Origin: an uncultured Bacilli bacterium
GTDB taxonomy: Bacteria > Bacillota_I > Bacilli_A > RF39 > UBA660
Length of the DNA stretch: 64,000 nucleotides
NCBI GenBank assembly: GCA_934098435.1
Contig: CAKOOV010000005.1
Span: 16,750-80,749, forward strand
Direction of reading: 5' to 3'
Of this stretch, positions 18,633 to 30,403 are shown one piece after another; the first letter of the stretch is position 1; every line of letters begins with the position of its first letter. Position numbers and translations under genes: made by a program. The notes under the pieces were generated by a model. The model ran no database searches and was not told the DNA's origin. It was given only the letters and a program-made list of their open reading frames with translations.

Positions 18633-20807
18633 ATGGGTAGAAAGTTTGGAAAAAAGGTATTTTCTTTAGGTGATTTATTTACATTTAGAAGTAAGAAAAT
18701 TAATAAAACTAGTAAGAAGAAAAAGAAAAGTAAACTTGAAATTAAGAAAAAAACAGGGCCTATTAATAAGAAACATAAGTGTAATGATAAACATCTTGAT
18801 GAGATTATGAATAGGAGATTTGGTTTGATTATTGTTTTGGTAATTATTATATATATTGTTATTGGTTGTAGGCTTTTTAATCTTCAAATACTTAAGAATA
18901 ATGAATATAATGATAAGCTTACTATGGCTACTGAAAAGACAATTGAAAGTACTAGTGCTCCAAGGGGTAGAATATATGATAGGAATCATAAGTTACTTGT
19001 AGATAATGAGGGGGTTAAAACTATTTATTATAAGAAACAAAATGGTATTACTACTAAGGAAGAGATTGAACTTGCTTATGAGGTTTCAAATAATATTGAT
19101 ATTGATTATTCTAAAATAGATGATAATAAGCTTAAAGATTTTTATTATAAGTCTCATTATAAGGAATGTAGAAAAAAGATTACTGATGAGGAATGGGATT
19201 TATATAATAAGAGAAAACTTAATGATAAGGATATTGATAAACTTATATATGAGAGACTTGATGATGAGATTAGTGAATATACTGATAGTGATAAGAAGGC
19301 TGCGTATATTTATTATTTGATGAATAAGGGTTATTCTTATGCTGAGAAGGTTATTAAGAATAGTGATGTTACTGATGCTGAATATGCTTATATTAGTGAG
19401 AATATTGATAATTTAAAGGGCTTTAATACTAAGCTTGATTGGGAAAGGGTTTATTTGTATGGTGATACTTTTAAGTCTATTCTTGGTAATGTTTCTTCTA
19501 ATACGCAGGGGATTCCTTCGGAATTGTCTAAGGTATATTTGAAGAAGGGGTATACTTTAGATGATAGGGTTGGTATTTCTTATCTTGAATATCAATATGA
19601 GGATTATTTGAGGGGTACTAAGGCTAAGTATAGATTGTTATCGGATAATAGTTATGAACTTGTTAGTGAAGGTAAGAGGGGTAATGATATTGTTCTTACT
19701 ATTGATATTGAACTTCAGAAGTATTTGGAAGATGTTCTTAGTAATGAGGTATTAAATGCTAAGGGTGAACCTGGTACTCAGTATTATAATCGTTCTTTTG
19801 CTATTGTATCTGATCCTAATACTGGGGAGATATTAGCTATGGCAGGTAAACAAGCTGTTTTGAAAGATGGCTATTATCAAATTGTTGATTATACTCCTGG
19901 GATTGTTACTCTTCCTGTTACTCCTGGTAGTGTTGTTAAGGGTGCTTCGATGATGGTTGGATATAAGTATGGGGCAATTGATATTGGTACTGTGCTTAAT
20001 GATGAATGTATTAAAATTAAGGATACTCCTCTTAAGTGTTCTTGGCAGACTATGGGTCCTATTGATGATATTTATGCTTTACAGAATTCTTCGAATGTAT
20101 ATCAATATAAGATTGCTATTAAGGTTGGTAATGGTAGTTATGAATATAATCAAGGATTATCTTTAGATGAGAGTGCGTTTGATAAATATAGAGAGATGTA
20201 TGCTGAATTTGGTTTGGGGGAAAAGACTGGTATTGATCTTCCGGTAGAAAGTTTGGGCTTTATGGGTAAGAGTAGGCTTCCTGGTCATTTACTTGATTTT
20301 TCTATTGGACAGTATGATACTTATACTCCAATACAGTTATCGCAATATATTAATACTATTGCTAATAATGGTGTTAGGCTTAAACCTTATTTATTAAAAG
20401 AGGTATATAAACCTAGTGATAGTGGTGATACTTTTGGTTCTCTAATATATAAGGCTAATGTTACGGAACTTGGTAAATTATCTGTAGAGAAGAAATATAT
20501 TGATAGGGTAAGAGAAGGCTTTTCTGCAGTTGTTACTAGGGGACTTGGTTATGGATATATGGGTAATTATACTAATTCTGCTGGTAAGACTGGTACTAGT
20601 CAAAGCTTTATTGATACTGATGGTGATGGTAAAGTAGATACTGAAACTATTACTTCTTCGTTTGTTGGATATTCTCCAAGTGATAATCCTAAAATGAGTA
20701 TAGTAGTGGTATCTCCTGATATTAGTGTTCCAGATTCTACTACTTATGGTGTTACTAGAAATATATCTGCACAGATTGTAAATAAATATTTTGAACTTAA
20801 TGGTTAG
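18633..20807 (+). CDS. class B penicillin-binding protein (PBP2/FtsI/SpoVD-type transpeptidase)
   Basis: N-terminal TM anchor, then SVVK (SxxK), SSN and KTGT motifs in order. Confidence 0.85.
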   Translation: MGRKFGKKVFSLGDLFTFRSKKINKTSKKKKKSKLEIKKKTGPINKKHKCNDKHLDEIMNRRFGLIIVLVIIIYIVIGCRLFNLQILKNNEYNDKLTMATEKTIESTSAPRGRIYDRNHKLLVDNEGVKTIYYKKQNGITTKEEIELAYEVSNNIDIDYSKIDDNKLKDFYYKSHYKECRKKITDEEWDLYNKRKLNDKDIDKLIYERLDDEISEYTDSDKKAAYIYYLMNKGYSYAEKVIKNSDVTDAEYAYISENIDNLKGFNTKLDWERVYLYGDTFKSILGNVSSNTQGIPSELSKVYLKKGYTLDDRVGISYLEYQYEDYLRGTKAKYRLLSDNSYELVSEGKRGNDIVLTIDIELQKYLEDVLSNEVLNAKGEPGTQYYNRSFAIVSDPNTGEILAMAGKQAVLKDGYYQIVDYTPGIVTLPVTPGSVVKGASMMVGYKYGAIDIGTVLNDECIKIKDTPLKCSWQTMGPIDDIYALQNSSNVYQYKIAIKVGNGSYEYNQGLSLDESAFDKYREMYAEFGLGEKTGIDLPVESLGFMGKSRLPGHLLDFSIGQYDTYTPIQLSQYINTIANNGVRLKPYLLKEVYKPSDSGDTFGSLIYKANVTELGKLSVEKKYIDRVREGFSAVVTRGLGYGYMGNYTNSAGKTGTSQSFIDTDGDGKVDTETITSSFVGYSPSDNPKMSIVVVSPDISVPDSTTYGVTRNISAQIVNKYFELNG

Positions 20808-20836
20808 AGAAGAGACTAGTAAATAGTCTTTTTTCT
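20808..20836 (+). terminator. intrinsic terminator after the PBP gene
   Basis: AGAGACTA-GTAAA-TAGTCTTT followed by a T run. Confidence 0.6.
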
Positions 20837-20886
20837 TTATATTTGCATATATTATGGTTGTATGTAAAGAAATATTTAAAAAGTAC

Positions 20887-20915
20887 TTGACTAATTTATA
20901 TAAAAATGTTATTAT
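20887..20915 (+). promoter_or_regulatory. sigma-A-type promoter of the str operon
   Basis: TTGACT, 17 nt, TATTAT, about 95 nt upstream of rpsL. Confidence 0.55.
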
Positions 20916-21010
20916 TAATTCGTTCGTGAATTTAGGTTTTACTATTGGTAAAACTTATATTTAAGATTAAAAATGAAACACCAGGATATGTGTAAGAAAG
21001 GAGTGATATA

Positions 21011-21424
21011 ATGCCTACAATTAATCAGTTAACTAGAAAACCTAGAACTAAGAAAGTAAGAAAGAGTAAATCTCCAGTATTATTAGTAGGAAAGAATAGT
21101 ATCCAAAAGAAACAAACTGTACAAGTTTCACCTCAAAAGAGAGGAGTTTGTACTAGGGTTGGTACTACTACACCTAAGAAACCTAACTCAGCTTTAAGAA
21201 AATATGCGAGAGTTAGATTATCTAATGGTATGGAAGTTACTTGTTATATTCCAGGTATTGGACACAACTTACAAGAACATAGTGTTGTTCTTATAAGAGG
21301 CGGAAGAGTTAAAGACTTAATCGGTGTTAGATACCATATTATTAGAGGTACTTTAGATACTGCTGGAGTTCAAAACAGAAAGCAAGGTAGAAGTAAGTAC
21401 GGTGCTAAAAAAGATAAGAAATAA
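21011..21424 (+). CDS. rpsL: 30S ribosomal protein S12
   Basis: MPTINQL..., [11 protein letters not shown] and [10 protein letters not shown](I)GVRYH motifs. Confidence 0.97.
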   Translation: MPTINQLTRKPRTKKVRKSKSPVLLVGKNSIQKKQTVQVSPQKRGVCTRVGTTTPKKPNSALRKYARVRLSNGMEVTCYIPGIGHNLQEHSVVLIRGGRVKDLIGVRYHIIRGTLDTAGVQNRKQGRSKYGAKKDKK

Positions 21425-21457
21425 TAATTATTAATAATATTGGAAGGAGGATAAACT

Positions 21458-21925
21458 ATGAGAAAGAGACAAGCTACTAAAAGAGATGTTTTAGCAGATC
21501 CTATTTATAATTCTAAGGTGGTTACTAAGTTAGTTAATCATATTATGAAAGATGGTAAAAAAGGTACTGCTCAAAAGATTATATATAATGCTTTTGATAT
21601 AGTTAAAGAAAAAACTGGTGAAGATCCTATGGTAGTATTTAATAAAGCTATGGATAATATTAAACCAGGTCTTGAAGTTAAGTCTAGAAGAGTTGGTGGA
21701 GCTAACTACCAAGTACCAGTTGAGGTTAAACCTGAAAGAGCTCAAGCTTTAGCTTTTAGATGGTTAGCTCAATATGCAAGATTAAGAGGAGGTCATTCAA
21801 TGGCTGAAAATCTTGCTAATGAAATTATTGATGCATCTAATGGAACTGGTGCATCTGTTAAGAAGAAAGATGATACTCATAAGATGGCAGAAGCTAATAA
21901 GGCATTTGCTCATTATAGATGGTAA
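21458..21925 (+). CDS. rpsG: 30S ribosomal protein S7
   Basis: DPIYNS..V.KL.N..M.DGKK..A..I.Y.AF pattern and C-terminal AHYRW. Confidence 0.97.
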   Translation: MRKRQATKRDVLADPIYNSKVVTKLVNHIMKDGKKGTAQKIIYNAFDIVKEKTGEDPMVVFNKAMDNIKPGLEVKSRRVGGANYQVPVEVKPERAQALAFRWLAQYARLRGGHSMAENLANEIIDASNGTGASVKKKDDTHKMAEANKAFAHYRW

Positions 21926-21965
21926 TTATTGCTATAATTTAGTGATTATTTAAGGAGAGCAATAA

Positions 21966-22346
21966 ATGAATGATAATGATTCTAAAGATATAGGTTTTAT
22001 TTATAACAATAATGATTTGAGTTATTGTAATATTAGATTTGCTTTTGATAAATTACTTGGTCCACTTGCTACTCTAAGTTGTTATAGTAAATTTGGAGAT
22101 AGTAGAAAAGATTATACTAGAATTTTAAAAATAGTTTCTAGATGGTCTAGTGAATATGAAGAGAAGAGAACTTTAATCTATATTGATCATAATGAAATGT
22201 TATCTGTATACTATAAAGTCGATGAGTTAAATGTTGAACTTCTTAGTTATATTGATAGTGATTTAACTGATGAAATAGTAATTTGGTTATGGGAAATCAT
22301 GTTACTAAGAAAAAAGCAAATTGATAATTTAAAGACTGATAAATAA
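21966..22346 (+). CDS. hypothetical acidic protein (126 aa) inserted in the str operon
   Basis: AAGGAG RBS. Starts 40 nt after rpsG with no terminator in between. Weak paralogy to the next ORF (ILKIVSRWSSEY versus ILNIVEKWLTYY). Confidence 0.55.
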   Translation: MNDNDSKDIGFIYNNNDLSYCNIRFAFDKLLGPLATLSCYSKFGDSRKDYTRILKIVSRWSSEYEEKRTLIYIDHNEMLSVYYKVDELNVELLSYIDSDLTDEIVIWLWEIMLLRKKQIDNLKTDK

Positions 22347-22358
22347 TTACTAATAAAT
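22342..22358 (+). repeat. 17-nt direct repeat, copy 1 (AATAATTACTAATAAAT)
   Basis: Overlaps the stop codon of ORF 21966-22346. Identical to 23324-23340. Confidence 0.6.
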
Positions 22359-22384
22359 ATAGAGTATAAAGGAAATTAATTGTA

Positions 22385-22756
22385 ATGGATAATATGAAGA
22401 AGATTACTAGGCTTGAAGTTGAAACTGGTTTAGCTAAGTTACTTTTTTATACTAAAGTAAGTGTATACTATGAACCATATCTACCATATCGTGATATTTT
22501 TGAAAAAATATTGAATATTGTGGAGAAATGGTTAACTTATTATGCTACTGATGGTGATTTGTCTAAAATGACTGATGATGAAGCAAAAAGTATAATAGAA
22601 TTAGTTGATGAGATACCAGTTGAAGCTTATTGCTGTGACTATTATGAAGAAATAGAAAATTGGGTTGATATAGTGATTTACTATGGAAGCTGTCCGTTAA
22701 ATGCAATATTTGATGAAAATAAAATTATATTGAAAGGAAAAAGCAAAAAGTTATGA
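22385..22756 (+). CDS. hypothetical acidic protein (123 aa) inserted in the str operon
   Basis: AAAGGAAA RBS-like element upstream. Its stop overlaps the next start (ATGA). Confidence 0.55.
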   Translation: MDNMKKITRLEVETGLAKLLFYTKVSVYYEPYLPYRDIFEKILNIVEKWLTYYATDGDLSKMTDDEAKSIIELVDEIPVEAYCCDYYEEIENWVDIVIYYGSCPLNAIFDENKIILKGKSKKL

Positions 22757-23325
22757 GTGATGATAAAGATAAAATAATTGGTAAAGATCCAAAAACGGGA
22801 TCGTTTATAAATGAAAGAGGAGAGGCTTTAAAGTTTACAAAAAAATCTATGTCTATTTATAGCAATACTCCAGATAAACCTCATGATGGTGTGCATTTAA
22901 ATTATGATAAAGATGGTAAAATATTAACTATGACAACACATAACAAGGATAAGACTGAAAAAAGTACTAATAGTGGAAGCTGTTATTTAACCACTGCTTG
23001 TATGAAACATTATTTAAGTAATTTTGACGATAATTGTTATGAGCTTTCTGTACTTAGATGGTTCAGAGATAATTTTGTTTCTGAGAAAGATATAGAACAT
23101 TATTATAAAACTGCACCTTATATAGTTAAAGGTATAGAAAATGATTGTAATAAAGATATTGTTTATGATTATATTTATGATAATGTAGTAGATTATTGCG
23201 TTACTGCTATCGAAAATGGAAATTATATTGAAGCATATAATAGATATAAAGATAGTATTATTGATCTTGAACAAGTATATGCAAGAAAAGAATTAGGCAA
23301 GAGACTTGTTAAAACTTTAAGTTAA
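22753..23325 (+). CDS. hypothetical protein (190 aa) with a Cys motif CYLTTAC...[17 protein letters not shown]
   Basis: Translationally coupled to the previous ORF. The C-terminal half carries a C.LTTAC / DD.CYEL..LR.FRD motif that I recall from small Firmicute/phage proteins but cannot name. Confidence 0.6.
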   Translation: MSDDKDKIIGKDPKTGSFINERGEALKFTKKSMSIYSNTPDKPHDGVHLNYDKDGKILTMTTHNKDKTEKSTNSGSCYLTTACMKHYLSNFDDNCYELSVLRWFRDNFVSEKDIEHYYKTAPYIVKGIENDCNKDIVYDYIYDNVVDYCVTAIENGNYIEAYNRYKDSIIDLEQVYARKELGKRLVKTLS

Positions 23326-23340
23326 TAATTACTAATAAAT
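23324..23340 (+). repeat. 17-nt direct repeat, copy 2 (AATAATTACTAATAAAT)
   Basis: Overlaps the stop codon of ORF 22753-23325. Identical to 22342-22358. Confidence 0.6.
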
Positions 23341-23369
23341 TAAATAATAAAAGAAAGGAAAAAAGAATT

Positions 23370-25442
23370 ATGGCTCGTGAAATAAGCTTAGATCATACAA
23401 GAAATATTGGAATTATGGCTCATATTGATGCTGGTAAGACTACTTGTACTGAGAGAATTTTGTTCCATACTCATAAGATTCATAAGATTGGTGAAACTCA
23501 TGATGGTGAATCGCAAATGGACTGGATGGCTCAAGAGCAAGAGAGAGGTATTACTATTACTAGTGCCGCTACTACTGCATTTTGGAAGGGTTATAGATTT
23601 AATATTATTGATACTCCAGGACATGTTGACTTTACTATTGAAGTTCAAAGAAGTTTAAGAGTACTTGATGGTGCTGTTTTACTTATTGATGCTCAAGCTG
23701 GTGTTGAACCTCAAAGTGAGACTGTATGGAGACAAGCAAATGAATATGCTGTACCTAGAATTATCTTTGCTAATAAGATGGATAAAATGGGAGCTGACTT
23801 CTATTTTAGTTTAGGTACTATTAAAGATAGATTAGGAGCAAATACTGCTGCTATGGAACTTCCTATTGGAGCTGAATCTGATTTTAATGGTGTAATTGAT
23901 CTAGTTACTATGAAAGCATATCACTTTGATGGTAAACAAGCTGAAGATTATACTGAGATTGAGATTCCTGAAGATATGAAGGATAAAGCAGTAGAATATA
24001 GAAATATATTAATTGAAGCTGCTGCTGATTATGATGAAGAATTAATGATGAAATACTTAGATGGTGAAGAAATAGGAGTAGAAGAACTTAAAAAGGCTAT
24101 CAGAAAGGGTGTATTAAAGGCAGAATTCTTCCCTGTTATGTGTGGAACTGCTTTAGGTAATATGGGTATTAAGTTACTACTTGATGCTGTTGTTGATTAT
24201 TTACCTGCTCCTACTGATGTTGAGGCTATTGAATGTACTGATATGAAAGGAAACTTAGTATTAAGACATCCATCTGATTCTGAACCATTTACTGCATTAG
24301 CATTTAAGATTGCTACTGATCCATTCGTAGGAAGACTTACTTTCTTTAGAGTATATTCTGGTACTTTAAAGAGTGGTTCTTATGTACTTAACTCTACTAA
24401 AGATGTTAAGGAAAGAATTGGTAGAATACTACTAATGCATGCTAATCACAGAGAAGAGATTCCAGAAATATATGCTGGTGAAATTGGAGCTGCTGTAGGT
24501 CTTAAGAATACTACAACTGCTGATACTCTATGTGATGAGAAGAAACCTGTTATCATGAAAGGTATGGAATTCCCTGAACCAGTTATTACTCAGGCTGTTG
24601 AACCTAAAACTAAAGCAGATCAAGAAAAGATGGGTATTGCCCTTCAAAAACTTGCTGAAGAAGATCCAACATTTAGAATGCATACTGATCCTGAAACTGG
24701 TCAAACTACTATCTCTGGTATGGGTGAGTTACACCTTGATATTATCGTAGATAGAATGAGAAGAGAATTTAATGTTGAAGCTACTGTTGGTGCTCCAATG
24801 GTTGCTTATAGAGAAACTATTACACAAACTGGTGAGTGTGAAGGTAAACATATTAAACAATCTGGTGGACGTGGACAATATGGACATGTTTGGATTAGAT
24901 TTGAACCAAATCCTGAGAAAGGTTATGAATTTGTTGATAACATTGTTGGTGGTGTTGTTCCTAGAGAATACATCTCAGTTATCGATAAAGGATTACAAGA
25001 TGCTATGCAAACTGGTATTCTAGCAGGATACCCTATGGTAGATGTTAAGGCTACATTATTTGATGGATCATACCACGATGTAGACTCATCTGAAATGGCA
25101 TTTAAGATTGCAGCATCACTTGCTTTAAAAGAAGCTAAAAACAAATGTAAACCTGTACTACTTGAACCAATAATGAAAGTAGTAGTTACTGCTCCAGATG
25201 AATATACTGGTGCTGTAATTGGTGACTTAACAGCAAGAAGAGGTAAACCACAAGGACAAGAATCAAGAGGAAATGCTATTGCATTTACTGCGATGGTACC
25301 ACTTGCTGAAATGTTTGGTTATGCTACTAGTTTAAGAAGTTCTACTCAAGGTAGAGGTAACTATGTAATGGAACTTGACCATTATGAAGAAGTTCCAAAA
25401 TCAATTGCTGATGAAATCATCAAAAAAAATGGTGGAAATTAG
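23370..25442 (+). CDS. fusA: elongation factor G
   Basis: [14 protein letters not shown] and DTPGHVDF motifs; full-length 690 aa. Confidence 0.97.
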   Translation: MAREISLDHTRNIGIMAHIDAGKTTCTERILFHTHKIHKIGETHDGESQMDWMAQEQERGITITSAATTAFWKGYRFNIIDTPGHVDFTIEVQRSLRVLDGAVLLIDAQAGVEPQSETVWRQANEYAVPRIIFANKMDKMGADFYFSLGTIKDRLGANTAAMELPIGAESDFNGVIDLVTMKAYHFDGKQAEDYTEIEIPEDMKDKAVEYRNILIEAAADYDEELMMKYLDGEEIGVEELKKAIRKGVLKAEFFPVMCGTALGNMGIKLLLDAVVDYLPAPTDVEAIECTDMKGNLVLRHPSDSEPFTALAFKIATDPFVGRLTFFRVYSGTLKSGSYVLNSTKDVKERIGRILLMHANHREEIPEIYAGEIGAAVGLKNTTTADTLCDEKKPVIMKGMEFPEPVITQAVEPKTKADQEKMGIALQKLAEEDPTFRMHTDPETGQTTISGMGELHLDIIVDRMRREFNVEATVGAPMVAYRETITQTGECEGKHIKQSGGRGQYGHVWIRFEPNPEKGYEFVDNIVGGVVPREYISVIDKGLQDAMQTGILAGYPMVDVKATLFDGSYHDVDSSEMAFKIAASLALKEAKNKCKPVLLEPIMKVVVTAPDEYTGAVIGDLTARRGKPQGQESRGNAIAFTAMVPLAEMFGYATSLRSSTQGRGNYVMELDHYEEVPKSIADEIIKKNGGN

Positions 25443-25515
25443 TAAAAACACTTGAAAAAATACAATAATATGATAAAATATATATTGTAATATTAAAGAA
25501 AGAGAGGAAATTAAA

Positions 25516-26700
25516 ATGGCAAAAGCTAAATTTGATCGTTCAAAACCACACGTTAACATTGGTACAATTGGCCACGTTGACCATGGTAAAACAACATTAA
25601 CTGCCGCTATTACAAAAGTTTTAGCAGCTAAAGGCGGAGCTGAATTTATGGATTATGCAAATATCGATAAAGCTCCAGAAGAAAGAGAAAGAGGTATTAC
25701 AATCAACACTGCACACGTTGAATACCAAACTGAAAAGAGACACTATGCTCACGTTGACTGTCCAGGACACGCAGACTATGTTAAAAACATGATTACTGGT
25801 GCTGCTCAAATGGATGGAGCAATCCTAGTTATTGCTGCAACTGATGGTCCTATGGCTCAAACAAGAGAGCACATCTTACTTGCTAGACAAGTTGGTGTAC
25901 CTAGAATGGTTGTATTCTTAAACAAATGTGATATGGTTGATGATGAAGAATTATTAGACCTAGTTGAAATGGAAGTAAGAGAATTACTTACTGAATATGG
26001 ATTTGATGGAGACAATACTCCAATCATTAGAGGTTCTGCTCTTAAAGCTCTTGAAGGAGATCCTAAGTATGTTAAGGCTATTGAAGACTTAATGGATGCT
26101 GTTGATGAATGGATTCCAACTCCTGAAAGAGATAATGACAAACCATTCTTAATGTCAATTGAAGACGTATTTACTATTACTGGTAGAGGAACAGTTGTTA
26201 CTGGTAGAGTTGAAAGAGGACAATTAAAACTTAATGATGAAGTTGAAATCGTTGGTTTAAAAGATACTAAGAAAACAGTTGTTACTGGTATTGAAATGTT
26301 TAGAAAACAACTTGACTATGCTGAAGCTGGAGATAATGCTGGTGTATTATTAAGAGGAATTGACAGAAGTGAAGTTGAAAGAGGACAAGTTCTTGCTAAA
26401 CCTGGAACAGTTCATCCACATAAAAAATTCAAAGCACAAGTTTATGTACTTTCTAAAGAAGAAGGTGGAAGACATACTCCATTCTTTACAAACTACAGAC
26501 CTCAATTCTATTTCAGAACTACTGATGTTACTGGTGTAGTTACATTACCAGAAGGAACTGAAATGGTTATGCCTGGTGACAATGTTACTATGACAGTTGA
26601 ATTAATTGCTCCAATCGCAGTTGAAAATGGTACTAAATTCTCTATTAGAGAAGGTGGACACACTGTTGGTGCTGGTTCAGTTACTGAAATTATTGAATAA
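25516..26700 (+). CDS. tuf: elongation factor Tu
   Basis: [36 protein letters not shown] and NKCD motifs. Confidence 0.97.
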   Translation: MAKAKFDRSKPHVNIGTIGHVDHGKTTLTAAITKVLAAKGGAEFMDYANIDKAPEERERGITINTAHVEYQTEKRHYAHVDCPGHADYVKNMITGAAQMDGAILVIAATDGPMAQTREHILLARQVGVPRMVVFLNKCDMVDDEELLDLVEMEVRELLTEYGFDGDNTPIIRGSALKALEGDPKYVKAIEDLMDAVDEWIPTPERDNDKPFLMSIEDVFTITGRGTVVTGRVERGQLKLNDEVEIVGLKDTKKTVVTGIEMFRKQLDYAEAGDNAGVLLRGIDRSEVERGQVLAKPGTVHPHKKFKAQVYVLSKEEGGRHTPFFTNYRPQFYFRTTDVTGVVTLPEGTEMVMPGDNVTMTVELIAPIAVENGTKFSIREGGHTVGAGSVTEIIE

Positions 26701-26708
26701 TTAAATTA

Positions 26709-26736
26709 AAGATACTCGTTTGAGTGTCTTTTTTTC
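26709..26736 (+). terminator. intrinsic terminator after tuf
   Basis: AAGATACTC-GTTT-GAGTGTCTT followed by TTTTTC. Confidence 0.75.
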
Positions 26737-26747
26737 TTTTCCATTTC

Positions 26748-26804
26748 AAACATAAACAAGTTTATGTTTTCCATGGTATGAGCAAGCCTTGTTGTCTTGC
26801 TCAT
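26748..26804 (+). other. Two further perfect hairpins in the tuf-distal intergenic region
   Basis: AAACATAAAC-AA-GTTTATGTTT (26748-26769) and ATGAGCAAG-CCTTGTTGT-CTTGCTCAT (26778-26804). Confidence 0.5.
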
Positions 26805-26854
26805 AAAGGTTATTTGGTTTGATAATGAATAGGTATTTGCTGTGAATATAATAT

Positions 26855-26906
26855 TCATTTCTAGACTTAGGCTGGAAATGACATGAAATGACTTTGGCAT
26901 TTCATG
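26855..26906 (+). repeat. Two tandem hairpins of the AG-AC..GG-CT family (copies 2a, 2b)
   Basis: 2a: TCATTTCTAG-ACTTAGG-CTGGAAATGA (one G.T pair). 2b: CATGAAATG-ACTTTGG-CATTTCATG (perfect 9 bp). Confidence 0.6.
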
Positions 26907-26980
26907 AAAGGTGATAGAATGTAAACGATAATAATTACTTAAATATTATTATTACATAAATTATTATAGGGAGGGATTGT

Positions 26981-27535
26981 ATGAATCTTTATGATAATAT
27001 TAATAATAATAAGAAATGTGTATGTAATCCTATTATTATTGGGATGACTGGACCTACAGGGCCACAGGGATTAATTGGTCCGACGGGACCTCAAGGAGAG
27101 AGAGGAGAAACTATTAGTAGTACTGAAGGGATATTCTTTGCTAGTTATAATGATACTAATGATGCAATAGCAATGGTTATTAATGATACTTGGTTAATAC
27201 CAGAACTTAGTGAGTATTTTATTATTCCTAATAATACGGAAGTAGAAGTTGTACCTGGTATATATGAAATTGATTTATCAGGATATATTGATGGGGTAGA
27301 TAATACTCATGGCGGTAGTTTTTATTTAGTAGATAGTACTGGTGCTGCTATTAAGGATTTAAATTTTGAATTACTTCTTGGTGATATTAGTAGGATGTAT
27401 TTTAGTAAGAATATTTTATTTAGATTTGAGGAAGATACAATACTTGAGATTATGACTAATCTAACTGGTGATATTAATACTTCTAATGTTGGGGTAAAAG
27501 ATGTTACTTTACTTATGAAGAAAATACATGAATAG
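26981..27535 (+). CDS. collagen-like triple-helix repeat protein (BclA-type exosporium/spore surface protein candidate)
   Basis: Eight G-X-Y triplets GMTGPTGPQGLIGPTGPQGERGET (27041-27112) followed by a ~140-aa globular C-terminal domain. Confidence 0.6.
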   Translation: MNLYDNINNNKKCVCNPIIIGMTGPTGPQGLIGPTGPQGERGETISSTEGIFFASYNDTNDAIAMVINDTWLIPELSEYFIIPNNTEVEVVPGIYEIDLSGYIDGVDNTHGGSFYLVDSTGAAIKDLNFELLLGDISRMYFSKNILFRFEEDTILEIMTNLTGDINTSNVGVKDVTLLMKKIHE

Positions 27536-27582
27536 GGGTACTTTAGAGTACTTTTTTTCTTTACTTTAATATGTATATTTGA

Positions 27583-29470
<1,888 letters not shown>

Positions 29471-29488
29471 TATAAATATTTATTTTTG

Positions 29489-30337
29489 ATGGATTTAGAG
29501 GTGGATATAGTGAAAAATAAGAAGATTAATGTTCAAAAAGCAATTAAAATGACTTATAAGGAAAATAAGAGAAGTTCTTTGGTTATTTATTTGATTTTGA
29601 GATTTTTGGTTATTATATGTATGATATTACAAATATTAAGAGGGGATTTGAATAATGCTTTATTATGTTTGTTGTCTCTTATATTATTATTTGCTCCTTT
29701 ATTTATTCAAGATAAGTTTGAGATTACTTTGCCTAATGATTTAGAAATTGCTATTTATTTATTTATTTTTTCTGCTGAAATATTAGGGGAAATTGATAAT
29801 TTTTTTGGTATTATTCCTTATTGGGATATTATATTACATACTATTAATGGTTTTTTAGCTACTGCGGTTGGTTTTTCTTTAGTTGATTTATTAAATAAAA
29901 ATAGTAAGAATATGAATTTGTCACCATTTTATTTGTGTTTGGTTGCTTTTTGTTTTTCTATGACTATTGGTGTGTTATGGGAATTTTTTGAATATGGTTG
30001 TGATAAGTTTTTAAATGTTGATATGCAAAAGGATACGGTTATACAGAAGATTTCTTCGGTTGCTTTGAATCCTGATGGTGAGAATAAGGCTGTTGTGATT
30101 GATGATATTGGTAAAACTATTATTTATAATAATAATGGTGATGTGCTTCAGATAATTGATAATGGTTATTTGGATATTGGTTTAAATGATACGATTGAAG
30201 ATTTATTTGTTAATTTTATTGGTGCTATTGTATTTAGTTGTTTTGCTTTTTTTGATTTGAAACATAATAGAAGTAATTCTTTTATTAATAGATTTGTTCC
30301 TACTAAGGGTAATAATAAGCTTATTAAATCTATTTAA
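29489..30337 (+). CDS. multi-pass membrane protein of unknown function
   Basis: About 6 hydrophobic segments. The start is ambiguous (ATG 29489, or GTG 29510 after GAGGTGG). Confidence 0.55.
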   Translation: MDLEVDIVKNKKINVQKAIKMTYKENKRSSLVIYLILRFLVIICMILQILRGDLNNALLCLLSLILLFAPLFIQDKFEITLPNDLEIAIYLFIFSAEILGEIDNFFGIIPYWDIILHTINGFLATAVGFSLVDLLNKNSKNMNLSPFYLCLVAFCFSMTIGVLWEFFEYGCDKFLNVDMQKDTVIQKISSVALNPDGENKAVVIDDIGKTIIYNNNGDVLQIIDNGYLDIGLNDTIEDLFVNFIGAIVFSCFAFFDLKHNRSNSFINRFVPTKGNNKLIKSI

Positions 30338-30403
30338 TTTGTTATTATGATAGACTTTTTTATATAAATTTGATACAATTATTATTGTAAGGAAAGTGAT
30401 GGT

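Noticed and set aside
19120-20166. Alternative-frame + strand ORFs inside the PBP gene (19120-19320, 19957-20166), and similar ones inside proS, fusA, tuf, pheS and xseA.
   Set aside because: They are out-of-frame overlaps with well-supported genes, are Ile/Leu/Arg-rich as expected from frame-shifted AT-rich codons, and have no RBS.
26706-26900. 64-aa minus-strand ORF between tuf and the collagen-like gene.
   Set aside because: It lies entirely within a hairpin-dense intergenic region (terminator plus four palindromes), has no RBS, and would end inside the tuf terminator. The open frame is better explained by the RNA/DNA structures.
26937-26963. Sigma-K-like promoter (AC-16 nt-CATAAATTA) upstream of the collagen-like gene; also CATAAGTTA upstream of the CotZ-like gene.
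   Set aside because: The -10-like element ends only ~6 nt before the RBS, leaving almost no leader. The CotZ-side match lacks a correctly spaced -35 AC. Such A/T-rich matches are expected by chance, and an extended -10 (TGATAGAAT at about 26913-26921) is an equally good sigma-A candidate.
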